Origin: Clostridiales bacterium
Lineage (GTDB): Bacteria; Bacillota; Clostridia; Oscillospirales; CAG-272
Direction: 5' to 3'
NCBI GenBank assembly: GCA_012840355.1
Contig: DULN01000002.1
Span: 19,037 to 83,036, forward strand
DNA length: 64,000 bases
The notes under the pieces are model-generated. The model was given only the letters and a program-made list of their open reading frames with translations. It ran no database searches and was not told where the DNA came from. Below, piece by piece: positions 27,838 through 38,550 of this stretch. Numbering within the stretch: the first letter of the stretch is position 1; each line of letters starts with the position of its first letter. The position numbers and the translations under genes are program-made.

Positions 27838-28788
27838 ATGATAGAAATAGAGAAGCCCAATATTGCCACGGTCGAACTAAGCGAAGACGGTCGAAACGGG
27901 AAGTTCGTCGTAGAGCCGCTTGAGCGCGGCTACGGCATTACGCTTGGCAACTCGCTGCGCAGGGTACTCCTCAGCTCGCTGCCCGGCGTTGCCGTGACGA
28001 GCATTAAGATAGACGGAGTCCTGCACGAGATATCCACAATTCCCGGCGTTAAAGAGGATGTCCCCGAGATAGTGCTCAATGTCAAAGGGATAGTCGCCAA
28101 GCTTCATACAAACGGGCCGAAAACTGTTATACTCGACGTTTCCGGTCCGTGCGAAGCGACTGCCGGCGATATCAAGTGTGATGCCGACATCGAGATAGTC
28201 AATCCCGAACACCATATCGCCACGGTGAGCGACAATTCCAGGTTCTATATGGAGATCACCTTTGACCGCGGCAGGGGCTATGTTTCAGCAGAGAAAAACA
28301 AGCAAAACCATCAGCCCGCAATAGGGGTTATATATACCGATTCTATTTATACGCCGGTCTACAACGTCAGTTATTCGGTTGAGAATACTCGTGTGGGCAA
28401 TATAACAGACTACGATAAGCTGACCATCGAAGTGTTCACCAACGGGACGATAACGGCGAAAGAAGCTATTTCGCTCGGGGCCAAGATTCTCCATGATCAT
28501 CTCAAATTGTTCATGGATCTCTCCGACGAGGTTCCAAAGAACGATATAATGGTCGAACGCGAAGAGAAAGTCAAAGAAAAGATCCTTGAGATGAGCATAG
28601 AGGAGCTTGACATGTCGGTGCGCAGCTTCAACTGTCTCAAGCGCGCCGGCATCGATACGGTCGCTGACCTTGTCAGCAAGACCGAAGAGGAAATGATGAA
28701 GGTCAGAAACCTCGGCAAGAAGTCGCTTGAAGAGGTTGTAAGCAAGCTTCGTGCACTCGGCCTTGACCTGAAGAGGGAAGAAGAATGA
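27838..28788 (+). CDS. rpoA: DNA-directed RNA polymerase subunit alpha
   Basis: 316 aa with NTD ([17 protein letters not shown]) and CTD ([16 protein letters not shown]). Confidence 0.97.
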   Translation: MIEIEKPNIATVELSEDGRNGKFVVEPLERGYGITLGNSLRRVLLSSLPGVAVTSIKIDGVLHEISTIPGVKEDVPEIVLNVKGIVAKLHTNGPKTVILDVSGPCEATAGDIKCDADIEIVNPEHHIATVSDNSRFYMEITFDRGRGYVSAEKNKQNHQPAIGVIYTDSIYTPVYNVSYSVENTRVGNITDYDKLTIEVFTNGTITAKEAISLGAKILHDHLKLFMDLSDEVPKNDIMVEREEKVKEKILEMSIEELDMSVRSFNCLKRAGIDTVADLVSKTEEEMMKVRNLGKKSLEEVVSKLRALGLDLKREEE

Positions 28789-28860
28789 GGCGCGCCGGGC
28801 GTGCCCGGGAATAGCATAACAGAGCTTTGACGCTACAGAAATTATGGGAGGTTTTAAGCA

Positions 28861-29205
28861 ATGCCCGGAACAAGAAAGCTCGGCAGGGCAACGGACCATC
28901 GCAAAGCAATGCTTCGCGGCTTGGTGACATACCTGCTCGAGCATGGTCAAGTAGAGACCACGCTTGCACGCGCTAAGGAGGTTCGCAGCATGGCTGAGAA
29001 AATGATAACTCTCGGCAAGAAGAACACGCTCGCGAGCCGCCGCATGGCGCTTGCATATATAACTAAAGAAGACGTCGTCAAGAAATTGTTCGATCAGATA
29101 GCGCCCCAGTATGCCGACCGCAACGGCGGCTACACGACGATTTACCGCCTCGGCCCGCGCCGTGGCGACGCCGCCGAAATGGCGCTTATAAAATTGGTCG
29201 ACTAA
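28861..29205 (+). CDS. rplQ: 50S ribosomal protein bL17
   Basis: 114 aa. Last gene of the alpha operon. Confidence 0.96.
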   Translation: MPGTRKLGRATDHRKAMLRGLVTYLLEHGQVETTLARAKEVRSMAEKMITLGKKNTLASRRMALAYITKEDVVKKLFDQIAPQYADRNGGYTTIYRLGPRRGDAAEMALIKLVD

Positions 29206-29211
29206 AATATC

Positions 29212-29250
29212 AGCCGTCGATACAGGGATGTACCGGCGGCTTTTGTTTTG
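29212..29250 (+). terminator. terminator of the alpha operon
   Basis: Stem AGCCG (29212-29216) / CGGCT (29237-29241) followed by TTTTGTTTT. Confidence 0.55.
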
Positions 29251-29252
29251 CG

Positions 29253-29297
29253 AAAAAACGCCGTACAGCCTAAAATCGGGCCATACGGCGCTTTTTT
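29253..29297. terminator. bidirectional terminator (rplQ / GH92 convergent pair)
   Basis: CGCCGTA (29259-29265) / TACGGCG (29284-29290) flanked by A6 upstream and T6 downstream. Confidence 0.7.
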
Positions 29298-29325
29298 ATT
29301 TGGCTAAACCACTATAGCGGGAGGC

Positions 29326-31509
29326 TTATTTCATCACGAAAGTAAGCTTTGAGCCGTCTTTAATGTCAAAATGCGAGAGGTGGCAGTCCGTAATGGGTTT
29401 GCCGTCAATTAGAACTTCTTTTACAAACGGTGTCTCGGATGGGCTGCCTTTTGTGCGAATCTTGAATTTGCCGCCATCAGGGAGCCTAATCGTCACCTTT
29501 GAAAAGAGCGGGCTACCGAGCACGTAATGAGGCTTTGCGGGGCATAGCGGGAAGAAGCCCATTGCAGAGAAAACAAAGTATGCGGTCATGCTGCCGTTGT
29601 CGTCGTCGCCGGGCAGTCCGTCGGGCTTATACGAGTAAAGTTTGCGCATTACGCGGCGGATAAGCTCCTGTGTCTTTTCAGGCATGCCGAGCTCGGCGAA
29701 AATATACGGTACATGGAAGCCGGGTTGGTTGCCGATGTTGATTTGTCCAAGCCCGCTTTCAAGGCCATTTTTCATCATCTCGGTCGCCTCGTGGATCTCG
29801 CTGCCGTAGCTGCCGATGCGGCAGGTGCACGGCATCGTCTCAAGCGAGGCTAGCTGGGCAAGCAGCTTGTCCTTACCGCCGTAAACTTCGGCAAGGCCTT
29901 CAAAATCATGATAAACCGAGTAAGCGCACTGGTAGGCGGAGCCTTCGCAGTACTCCCTGCCCCACTCAAACGGGTCAAAATCCTCGCGGCGCGTGCCGTC
30001 CGAGCGCAAGCCGCGGATGATGTTGTGCTCAGGGTCATATAGCTTTTTGTAGCCTTTCGAGCGTTCGAGCAGGCGTGCCGCAGTCTCCTCGTCGCCGACA
30101 AGCTTGGCTACCTGAGCAATGCAGTAGTCGCCGTACATATAGTCGAGCGTAGCCGCGACGCTTTCATGATGGTAGATGTCTTCGGGCAGATAGCCGTATT
30201 TGGCGTAGTCGTGCCCGCCCCTGCGGCCTGAGCCGGGGTACTTGCCTTCGCTGTCGGCGTGCGAGAGCAGGGCTTTGAGCGCTTTTTTGGCGTCGAACGG
30301 TATTCCTTTTACAGCCGCTTCGCCGAATATCGAGTCGACAAGCGTGCCGGGCATCGCGGCGCGTTCGCCTGGCGACGGCCACTTTGGCATTACGCCATAC
30401 TCGTCGTAGACGTTGAGCCAGCCCTCGAGCATCTTGGCGAAGTCCTCTGGACAGATGATGGAGTAAAGCGGATAGGTAGTCTTAGCGACGTCCCAGAACC
30501 CATGGTCGGTGTAAAGCACGCCGTCATGGATATTGCCGTCGTAGGGGCTGTAATGCACGAGCTTGCCTTCGGGCGTTTCCTCGTGCATGATGTGCGGGAA
30601 CATGAAGCAGCGGTAGAGGCAGGTGTAGAAGGTTTTATAGTCCTCAACCGCCTTCTCTTTGGGCAGGTCGGATTTGACCGAGATGCGCGAGAGGCGGTAC
30701 TGCCACGCTTCGTGCGCGTCAGCCCTCACGCGGTCAAACAGCGTGCCAAACCCGTCGGGCAACTCGCGCGACATAGTATACAAAGCCTGCTCCCAGCTAA
30801 TATAAGAAAAAGCGGCTTTGACGTTTACAACGCTGCCGAAGCCGGCCTTCCAGCGTAAATAAATGTGCTTTTTGCCGGGGGTTTCAAGGTCTACTTTATT
30901 CCCGCCTTCAATCGCAAAAGAGCCATCTACGTCAATTTGCGCGTCGGGCACAAGCACGAAATACTCGCGGAATTTGCCGGTGACGTCGCCGCCCTCAAGC
31001 GCGGTCGTGTAGCCGTATACGATATTGCGCTCGGCGTCGATTTTAAAGCAGGTGTCTCCGCCGAGATTTATGATCACAAGCCCGGCGTTTTGCAAGTTGT
31101 CATATGAATACCGCATAGCACAGCCGTGCGTGGTCGGCGCAAGCTCGGCCGTCGCGCGTTGGCGCAGGATTGAAACCTTCATATAATCGGGGTGCAGGTC
31201 AAGCTCGCCGAACGCGCCCTCGTATTTGCGCACGTCAAGAAAAATGTCGCCCGATACGGGCATAAAGCCAATCTGGCCGTAGTCCGAAATCCACGGAGAC
31301 GGCTGGTGGGTTACACGGATGGCAGCGCAAACACGGCGATCGTTGGAGTTGAAAAACCAGCGCGGCTGCCATGTGGTCTGCGGGCAGAAATTGACAAAGG
31401 CAAACGGCATACCGGTCAACGGGAGGGTGTTGCCGGTTGAAAAGCCAAATGTCGAGTCGGTGCCCTGAAGCACGTTCACGTATTTGACAAAGTCGCGTTT
31501 TTTCTTCAT
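29326..31509 (-). CDS. GH92-family alpha-mannosidase, no signal peptide
   Basis: 727 aa with GH92 N-terminal blocks (VNVLQGTDS, THQPSPWISDYG) and a catalytic-domain-sized C-terminus. Confidence 0.85.
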   Translation of the reverse strand: MKKKRDFVKYVNVLQGTDSTFGFSTGNTLPLTGMPFAFVNFCPQTTWQPRWFFNSNDRRVCAAIRVTHQPSPWISDYGQIGFMPVSGDIFLDVRKYEGAFGELDLHPDYMKVSILRQRATAELAPTTHGCAMRYSYDNLQNAGLVIINLGGDTCFKIDAERNIVYGYTTALEGGDVTGKFREYFVLVPDAQIDVDGSFAIEGGNKVDLETPGKKHIYLRWKAGFGSVVNVKAAFSYISWEQALYTMSRELPDGFGTLFDRVRADAHEAWQYRLSRISVKSDLPKEKAVEDYKTFYTCLYRCFMFPHIMHEETPEGKLVHYSPYDGNIHDGVLYTDHGFWDVAKTTYPLYSIICPEDFAKMLEGWLNVYDEYGVMPKWPSPGERAAMPGTLVDSIFGEAAVKGIPFDAKKALKALLSHADSEGKYPGSGRRGGHDYAKYGYLPEDIYHHESVAATLDYMYGDYCIAQVAKLVGDEETAARLLERSKGYKKLYDPEHNIIRGLRSDGTRREDFDPFEWGREYCEGSAYQCAYSVYHDFEGLAEVYGGKDKLLAQLASLETMPCTCRIGSYGSEIHEATEMMKNGLESGLGQINIGNQPGFHVPYIFAELGMPEKTQELIRRVMRKLYSYKPDGLPGDDDNGSMTAYFVFSAMGFFPLCPAKPHYVLGSPLFSKVTIRLPDGGKFKIRTKGSPSETPFVKEVLIDGKPITDCHLSHFDIKDGSKLTFVMK

Positions 31510-31584
31510 TGTTACCTATCCTTTGAGTTTGCAAAGTTATATAGATTATACTTGTCGTCTTGCGTTATGTCAAGGAAAAACTTG

Positions 31585-33084
31585 TTAAGCTTTCCTTTCG
31601 CTCAAAGCGCGCTCGACGGCGCGGTGCCAGCCATATAGCAGTTCCTCTCGGTGTTCGGCCGGCATTTTCGGCGTAAACTCGGTGAGGTTGCGTTCGAGAG
31701 CGGAAAGCGCGGCTTCGCCGTCCCATACGCCGGCGCCAAGCCCGGCGAGGTACGCCGCGCCGAGCGATGTGGTCTCGATATATGCCGGGCGCAGCACCGG
31801 CACGCCGAGTATGTCCGCCTGAAACTGCATTAGGAAGTTGTTCGCCGAGGCGCCGCCGTCAACGAAAATCGCTTTAATCTCGCGCCCCGTGTCGGCAACC
31901 ATTGCGTTTATGACATCGGCGACTTGATATGCGATCGACTCGAGCGCCGCGCGCACGATATGGCGTCGGTTTACCCCGCGCGTAAGCCCGGTTATAATGC
32001 CGCGCGCCGCACCGTCCCACCACGGCGCGCCAAGCCCGGTAAAGGCGGGGACAATATAGCAGCCGCAAGTGTCCTCGACCGAGCTTGCGAGGGCTTCTGA
32101 CTCCGCGGCTGTAGAAATAAGACCTAGCTCATCGCGCAGCCACTGCACGACCGCGCCGGCGACAAACACAGAGCCTTCAAGCGCGTAAAGCGTGTCCGAA
32201 AGCGACGGGTCTTTGCTCCACGCGACGGTCGAAAGCAGCCCCGAGCGCGACGTTGCGGGAGTTTTGCCGGTATTTAAAAGCAGGAATGCGCCGGTGCCAT
32301 AAGTGTTTTTGACTTCACCCGGCTCAAAGCAGGTTTGCCCGAATAGCGCAGCCTGCTGGTCGCCCGCGATGCCGGCGATTTTGACAGGGGCGCCAAGGTG
32401 CTCGGGCTTTGTAGTGCCAATGACACCCGAGGAAGGGACTACGTTAGGCAGTACCGCTTTGGGTATACCGAAAAGCGAAAGCAGTTCGTCGTCCCAGCTC
32501 AGCGTGTGGATGTTGAAAAGCATCGTACGGGATGCGTTTGACACGTCTGTGACATGCAGCCCGCCGGTTAGGTTATAAATAAGCCAGCTGTCAACTGTGC
32601 CGAACACAAGCTCTCCGGCTTCGGCACGCTCTGCCGCGCCGGGGATGTTTTTTAGCATCCACTCGATCTTTGTCGCCGAAAAGTAGGCGTCGGGCATAAG
32701 CCCGGCGCGCTCGCGGATAAATTCCGCATAGCCGTCCCTGCGCAGCTCGTCGCAGCGGTCGGCGGTCCGCCTGCATTGCCAGACAATCGCGTTGTATAAC
32801 GGCTTGCCGGTCGATTTTTCCCAAAGCAGGGTGGTCTCGCGCTGGTTCGCGATGCCGAGCGCTGCAATCTCGGAGGCGGATATGCCTGCCGCCGCCATAG
32901 CCTCGCGCACCGCGGCGAGCATCGTTGCCCAGATAAGGCGCGGGTCGTGTTCCACCCAGCCGGGCTTGGGGTAAATTTGGGGCAGCTCGCGTTGCGAGCT
33001 TGCGACAGGCTTACCCATAAGGTCATATATAATCGCCCGATTGGAGGTGGTGCCCGCGTCGAGCGACAGTATATATTTTTTCAT
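31585..33084 (-). CDS. glpK: glycerol kinase
   Basis: FGGY kinase / GlpK sequence ([27 protein letters not shown]). The ORF-track GTG 33093 lies inside the SD (AAGGTGGGAG), so I took the start at ATG 33084. Confidence 0.95.
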   Translation of the reverse strand: MKKYILSLDAGTTSNRAIIYDLMGKPVASSQRELPQIYPKPGWVEHDPRLIWATMLAAVREAMAAAGISASEIAALGIANQRETTLLWEKSTGKPLYNAIVWQCRRTADRCDELRRDGYAEFIRERAGLMPDAYFSATKIEWMLKNIPGAAERAEAGELVFGTVDSWLIYNLTGGLHVTDVSNASRTMLFNIHTLSWDDELLSLFGIPKAVLPNVVPSSGVIGTTKPEHLGAPVKIAGIAGDQQAALFGQTCFEPGEVKNTYGTGAFLLLNTGKTPATSRSGLLSTVAWSKDPSLSDTLYALEGSVFVAGAVVQWLRDELGLISTAAESEALASSVEDTCGCYIVPAFTGLGAPWWDGAARGIITGLTRGVNRRHIVRAALESIAYQVADVINAMVADTGREIKAIFVDGGASANNFLMQFQADILGVPVLRPAYIETTSLGAAYLAGLGAGVWDGEAALSALERNLTEFTPKMPAEHREELLYGWHRAVERALSERKA

Positions 33085-33175
33085 TGCTCCCACCTTATTA
33101 TAAGCTTTTAGCCATTATACCATGCCGCGCGGAATGTTGCAACAAAGCTAAAAAGGCAGAAAATAAGAATTGCTA

Positions 33176-33204
33176 TTGACAATGGGCGCTTTTTGTGGTA
33201 TAAT
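33176..33204 (+). promoter_or_regulatory. sigma-A promoter of rplJL
   Basis: TTGACA (33176-33181), a 17-nt spacer ending in TGG (extended -10), then TATAAT (33199-33204). Confidence 0.8.
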
Positions 33205-33210
33205 CAAAAA

Positions 33211-33394
33211 TCGAGCCGAAGACAGCCGGTTGCCGGCGCACTATTGCGCGGCGTAAATCCAGCCGAGGTGAACAAATCAATACACGCACGGATATATTAT
33301 TCCGTGTTATGATAGATTTTTGTTCTCCCGGTGCTGCGGCAACCGGGAGTTTTTGTGTTGGCTAATAAATTTTGCCACAGGAGGTGCAAAAGCC
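33211..33394 (+). promoter_or_regulatory. ribosomal protein L10 leader (autoregulatory 5' UTR with attenuator)
   Basis: A ~185-nt leader lies between the promoter and rplJ. It contains a terminator hairpin CTCCCGGT (33325-33332) / ACCGGGAG (33342-33349) plus TTTTT. Position and architecture match the Firmicute L10 leader class. I did not verify the family by alignment. Confidence 0.65.
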
Positions 33395-33928
33395 ATGCCA
33401 AGCGAAAAGACATTGGCCCTGAAAAAGGCACAGTGCGAGGCTTTGGTAGGAAAACTTCAGACAGCTGTGTCGGGCGTGATTGTCAACTATCAGGGCATAA
33501 CGGTTGAGCAGGATACCCAGCTCCGCAGCGAGATGCGCAAGGCAGGGGTTGAGTATAAGGTATATAAGAACACCCTCACCGAACGTGCCTTTGACGCGGT
33601 GGGCTTTTCCGAGCTGAAGCCTTTGCTCACCGGTATGAATGCGCTGGCAATAAGTCAAAACGATCCCGTTGCACCCGCGAAGATTCTTAAAGAATACGCG
33701 GAAAAGATCCCGACATTTGAAATCAAAGCCGGCTTTGTAGAGGGCAGGATCCTCGACCAGAAGGGTGTGCTTGCGCTTGCCGAGATCCCGTCGAAGGAGA
33801 CCTTGGTCTGCAAGATCATGCTCAGCATGCAGTCGCCGCTCTACAAGCTCGCATATGCGCTGCAGGCTATAATCGACAAGTCGGGCGAAGCGCCCGCAGA
33901 GGCCGCAGCCGAACCTGCCGCCGAATAA
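33395..33928 (+). CDS. rplJ: 50S ribosomal protein uL10
   Basis: I trimmed the start from ORF-track 33320 to ATG 33395 (SD AGGAGGTG). uL10 sequence. Confidence 0.95.
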   Translation: MPSEKTLALKKAQCEALVGKLQTAVSGVIVNYQGITVEQDTQLRSEMRKAGVEYKVYKNTLTERAFDAVGFSELKPLLTGMNALAISQNDPVAPAKILKEYAEKIPTFEIKAGFVEGRILDQKGVLALAEIPSKETLVCKIMLSMQSPLYKLAYALQAIIDKSGEAPAEAAAEPAAE

Positions 33929-33973
33929 TGCGGCAAAAGCTACTCAATAACTAAAATAACGGAGGTAAACAAA

Positions 33974-34351
<378 letters not shown>

Positions 34352-34357
34352 TAAAGC

Positions 34358-34392
34358 GAAAAACGCCATCGCGACAAGCGGGGCGTTTTTTG
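34358..34392 (+). terminator. rplJL terminator
   Basis: AAACGCC (34361-34367) / GGCGTTT (34382-34388) followed by a T-run. Confidence 0.8.
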
Positions 34393-34536
34393 TTTGCAAG
34401 CCGCTAAATTTGGCTATAATTTAGCGGCAATACCGGCAGAAAGTCGATTTAGGCCCGAAAATCTTGACTTATGGGGAACAAGGGTATATACTATTCAATA
34501 ATTTGATAGCTAAACTAGTGGAAAGGAACCATAGGC

Positions 34537-35739
34537 ATGTATTGTGTAAGGAATGTAACATCCGACCTTATCTGGATCGGGGCAAGCGACAGGCGGCTGT
34601 TTTTGTTTGAAGGCGTATACGGCGTGCCTGAAGGGGTTTCATATAACTCATTTTTCCTTGACGATGAGAAAACCGTGATTTTCGATACAGTGGACAAGGC
34701 TGTCGCTAGCGTATTTTTTGAAAATGTCGAGCATGTGCTTGCCGGGCGCAAACTCGATTACCTTGTCGTGCACCATATGGAGCCCGACCATTCGGCGACA
34801 ATTGCAGACCTTTTGCGCAGGCACCCCGAAACCACGGTTGTCTGCAACGCGATGATAAAGGCGATGATCGGGCATTTCTACGTGAACCTTCCCGACGAAC
34901 GGTATCTAATCGTAAAAGAAGGGGATAGCCTCAAAACCGGTAAGCATGAGCTTGTGTTCTACATGGCTCCGATGGTCCACTGGCCGGAGGTTATGGTCAC
35001 ATATGACAAAACGGACAAGATACTGTTTTCAGCCGACGCCTTTGGCATATTTGGTGCACTAAACGGCGCGCTGTTCGACGACGAGGTCGATTTCGAGCGC
35101 GATTGCCTTGACGAGGCGAGGCGCTACTATTGCAATATTTGCGGCAAATACGGGCCACAGGTGCAGGCGCTGCTGAAAAAAGCGTCGCAGCTTGAAATAA
35201 AGCTGATCTGCCCGCTGCACGGCTATGTCTATCGCTCGAAAATCGATTATATAATCGAAAAGTACGACCGCTGGAGCCGGTATGAGCCCGAGGAAACCGG
35301 CGTGTTGATTGTATACGCGTCAATTTACGGCAACACGGCGAACGCCGTCGATATATTGGCGTGCCGGCTGAATGAGCTGGGCGTGCGTACCGCGGTGTAC
35401 GACGTTTCAATGACGCATTCGTCGAAGATTGTCGCCGAGGCGTTCAGATGGAGCCATATAGTGTTCGCTTCGAGCACATATAACACTGGCATATTTATAG
35501 AAATGGACAATACGGTGCGCGACATTGCGGCGCACAACCTGCAAAACCGCACGGTCGCGTTTATCGAAAACGGCTCGTGGGCGCCCGCCGCGGGCAAGCT
35601 TATGAAGCAAATCATCGGCCAGCTGAAAAATATAAATGTTTTAGGCGACATTATAACGATAAAATCTTCGGTCAAGGATGAGCAGCGTGAGGCGATTTAC
35701 AGGCTCGCCGAAGCGCTCGCCGAAACGGCGAAAAAATAA
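34537..35739 (+). CDS. FprA-family A-type flavoprotein (flavodiiron: metallo-beta-lactamase fold + flavodoxin)
   Basis: 400 aa with the MBL-type motif VVHHMEPDHS and a C-terminal flavodoxin-like domain (VLIVYASIYGNT). Confidence 0.88.
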   Translation: MYCVRNVTSDLIWIGASDRRLFLFEGVYGVPEGVSYNSFFLDDEKTVIFDTVDKAVASVFFENVEHVLAGRKLDYLVVHHMEPDHSATIADLLRRHPETTVVCNAMIKAMIGHFYVNLPDERYLIVKEGDSLKTGKHELVFYMAPMVHWPEVMVTYDKTDKILFSADAFGIFGALNGALFDDEVDFERDCLDEARRYYCNICGKYGPQVQALLKKASQLEIKLICPLHGYVYRSKIDYIIEKYDRWSRYEPEETGVLIVYASIYGNTANAVDILACRLNELGVRTAVYDVSMTHSSKIVAEAFRWSHIVFASSTYNTGIFIEMDNTVRDIAAHNLQNRTVAFIENGSWAPAAGKLMKQIIGQLKNINVLGDIITIKSSVKDEQREAIYRLAEALAETAKK

Positions 35740-35775
35740 AAAAGGAACCGTCACGATGGCGGTTCCTTTTTTTTG
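35740..35775. terminator. bidirectional terminator (fprA-like / cls)
   Basis: GGAACCG (35744-35750) / CGGTTCC (35760-35766) flanked by an A-run and a T-run. Confidence 0.8.
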
Positions 35776-35811
35776 AACTATTAATCTTGCGCGGCGCATT
35801 GCGGCTGCGTT

Positions 35812-37368
35812 TTACATCAGCGGGGCGCAAAGCCGCATGAAAATCTGCATCGCGCGCGTGAGGAAATTGACTTTGCTGTTTTCAAGCGTGATCTCTTTGC
35901 ACTTGGCTTGGGTTTCAAGAAAATCGCGCTTGATGTCGGCGATTGCGGGCACCTGGTGAAGCAATACACCGCACTCGAAATGAAGATAAAGTGAGCGGTA
36001 ATCGAGGTTTATGGTCCCCACTGTGGCGGTCACGTCGTCGGAGATGAAAGTTTTTGAGTGGATAAACCCCGGTGTGTACTCGAAAATACGCACGCCCGCT
36101 GCGAGCAGCTGGCGGTAGTACGAGCGCGTGGTGATATGCACTAGCTTTTTGTCCGGGATGGCGGGCGTTATAATCCGCACGTCTATGCCGCATTTCGCCG
36201 TAAGCTCGAGTGAGGAGAGCAAGGTGTCGTCGAGTATGAGGTAAGGCGTGGTGATATACACATACCTGCGCGCGTTTGAAAGAATCCGGCGGTAGACATG
36301 CTCGCCGGTGTTTTCGTTGTCCATCGGCGAGTCGGCATACGGCTGCACGTATCCGAGTGGCGAGATTGCAGGCTCGTCCGAGCGTTCGGGGCGCTCTTGG
36401 TGCCTGTCCGGGCGGAACAGGTTAAAATCCTCGCTAGTGTGCAGCGTGCCGTTCCACATCTCAAGGAAAAATACCGCAAAGCTCCATGCCGCGTCACCGC
36501 GAAGAAGTATACCGGCGTCTTTCCAGTGGCCGAACCTGATGATCTTGCCCACATACTCGTCGCCGAAATTAAACCCGCCGGTCAGCGCGACCTTTCCGTC
36601 GACCACGATGATTTTCCTGTGGTCGCGGTTATTTTGCAGCGTCGACCAAAATGGCCTAAATGGGTTAAATTTAATACATTTTATGCCGAGCGAACGCAAC
36701 CTCTTGTCGAAATTTCCTGGCACCGACATAAAACAGCCCATATCGTCATATATAAGGCGGACTTCGACGCCGGCTTTGGCTTTTTCGACCAGAAGGCTTT
36801 CAAGCGTATTCCACATCCAGCCGGGGCGGATGATGAAAACTTCGATAAAAATGTAGTGTTTAGCCTCTTTTACGACCTCGAGCAGGCGCTCGAAAAACTT
36901 CATCCCGTCGTCGAAATACTCCGTTTCGGTGTTCTTATAGACAGGGAAGCCCGGCACATCTATGAGGTAGTTGACCTGGTTGACCCAAAGCGGGCTGACC
37001 TCGGCAAGCTCCCTGCGCACGCTTTCGTCCTGCACCAGCGCGGCGCGTGCGAGATTGTGGCTTTGCTGCATGGCTTTGCGTCTGCGGCGTGCTGCTGACT
37101 GTATTCGGAACATAAAATAAAGCGCGCCGCCGAAAAGGGGCACAGCGAGCACGAAAATTACCCACGAGAGCTTAAAGCTTTCCCTATCGCTGCGGTTAAC
37201 AATATACAGTACGACGACAAAGCTGAGAAGGGTAAGCCCCATTGCCGCAAGGTTGTTTCGGATGCCGGCGTGCCATATGACGTATCCTGCAAACCAGGCT
37301 TGGAGGATCAGCAGCAGGATCACGAGCGCTCGGCGCGATAAAAGCAGCCTAATAATTTTTTTTAGCAT
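35812..37368 (-). CDS. cls: cardiolipin synthase
   Basis: 518 aa with N-terminal TM helices and two PLD HKD motifs (DHRKIIVVDG, IHSKTFISDD). Confidence 0.93.
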   Translation of the reverse strand: MLKKIIRLLLSRRALVILLLILQAWFAGYVIWHAGIRNNLAAMGLTLLSFVVVLYIVNRSDRESFKLSWVIFVLAVPLFGGALYFMFRIQSAARRRRKAMQQSHNLARAALVQDESVRRELAEVSPLWVNQVNYLIDVPGFPVYKNTETEYFDDGMKFFERLLEVVKEAKHYIFIEVFIIRPGWMWNTLESLLVEKAKAGVEVRLIYDDMGCFMSVPGNFDKRLRSLGIKCIKFNPFRPFWSTLQNNRDHRKIIVVDGKVALTGGFNFGDEYVGKIIRFGHWKDAGILLRGDAAWSFAVFFLEMWNGTLHTSEDFNLFRPDRHQERPERSDEPAISPLGYVQPYADSPMDNENTGEHVYRRILSNARRYVYITTPYLILDDTLLSSLELTAKCGIDVRIITPAIPDKKLVHITTRSYYRQLLAAGVRIFEYTPGFIHSKTFISDDVTATVGTINLDYRSLYLHFECGVLLHQVPAIADIKRDFLETQAKCKEITLENSKVNFLTRAMQIFMRLCAPLM

Positions 37369-37609
37369 AAAACCTGACTTCTCCTAGGCATAACCCTGCC
37401 GTATCGTCTGTGCATATTAAAAAAGTATAAAACGAGGTTTCTCCTGCGCACGGCCCTGCCGCGCTTTTTTAGTATAGTTTGCTTTCGAAATTATAACACA
37501 TTAACCTTTGTTTGTAAAGCTAAAGGCGCGGGGACCCACATATCCGTTGCAGCATATAATGGCATAGACCTCTGGTGTTAAAAATATTCTACGGATGTGA
37601 TATAACATT

Positions 37610-38536
37610 ATGGCTAAAAAATACCACAGCATCTCGGATATAAAGCTTGCCGTTATAGGCGGCGACGTGCGCCAGCTTTGGCTTGCGCGCGCGCTCGCAG
37701 AGGACGGATACGAGGTGGCGGTATGCGGCGCTGGCGGGAACATGGGCGGCGAGGACATTTTAGGCAAAGCGGTACGCTGCATTTCGCCCGAAGACGCACT
37801 GCATATGTGCGATGCGGCGATTCTCCCGTTGCCATATACGACTGACGGCCGCCGCGTGAACTGCCCACTTGGAGGGGACATACTCCTTTCTGAGATATTC
37901 GGCGAAGTGCCTGCCGGGACACTGGTGCTTGCCGGTCGTGTGGACGAGGCTGCTCGCGAGATGGCGGCAAAGGCTGGGCTTAAGATTGAAGACTACTATG
38001 ACCGCGAAGACGTTTGCATTGAAAATGCGATCCCAACTGCGGAGGGCGCAGCCGCGGTCGCGATGGCTGAGCTGCCGATTACAATCCACGGCTCAAATGC
38101 CGCCGTGCTTGGCTTTGGGCGGGTCGGCAAAGCGTTGGCGAACCTGCTTAAAGCGATGGGCGCAAGCGTAACAGTCGCCGCAAGGCGGGACGACGACCTT
38201 GCCTGGATAAAGCTATACGGCTACAAACCCCTACATTTTTCACGGATCGCAGAGCTTTGCTCGGGCTATGACGTGGTGTTCAACAGCGTGCCGGCGCGCG
38301 TTCTGGACGAGGCGTGGCTGTCGCGATTTGCAGCCGGCGGCCCTTCATGGAAGCTTATAATAGACCTTGCGTCAAAGCCCGGCGGGGTCGACACCGACGC
38401 GGCTAAAGCGCATGGCGTGAAAGTGATACAGGCGTTGTCGCTGCCGGGGCGCGTGGCGCCGGCTTCGGCGGGAATGATATTGCGCACGGGGATAGTCAAC
38501 GTACTAAAAGAATACGGCATAGCCCCGGAAAGATAA
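37610..38536 (+). CDS. dpaA: dipicolinate synthase subunit A
   Basis: 308 aa with a DpaA/SpoVFA-like sequence (IPTAEGA, VLGFGRVGK, DLASKPGGVD). Confidence 0.88.
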   Translation: MAKKYHSISDIKLAVIGGDVRQLWLARALAEDGYEVAVCGAGGNMGGEDILGKAVRCISPEDALHMCDAAILPLPYTTDGRRVNCPLGGDILLSEIFGEVPAGTLVLAGRVDEAAREMAAKAGLKIEDYYDREDVCIENAIPTAEGAAAVAMAELPITIHGSNAAVLGFGRVGKALANLLKAMGASVTVAARRDDDLAWIKLYGYKPLHFSRIAELCSGYDVVFNSVPARVLDEAWLSRFAAGGPSWKLIIDLASKPGGVDTDAAKAHGVKVIQALSLPGRVAPASAGMILRTGIVNVLKEYGIAPER

Positions 38537-38550
38537 GGAGGCATAAACAC

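Noticed and set aside
28285-28950. 221-aa minus-strand ORF spanning the rpoA 3' end and the rplQ 5' end
   Set aside because: It is antisense to two conserved genes and crosses their intergenic region. It has no translation signals.
36298-37098. 266-aa and 182-aa plus-strand ORFs opposite cls
   Set aside because: The cls frame has two HKD motifs. The antisense frames have no support.
37446-37470. Plus-strand terminator-like hairpin GCGCACGGC-CCT-GCCGCGC plus T6 upstream of cls
   Set aside because: No plus-strand gene ends there. The stem has a mismatch and is part of the duplicated cls 5' region, so I report it under that finding instead.
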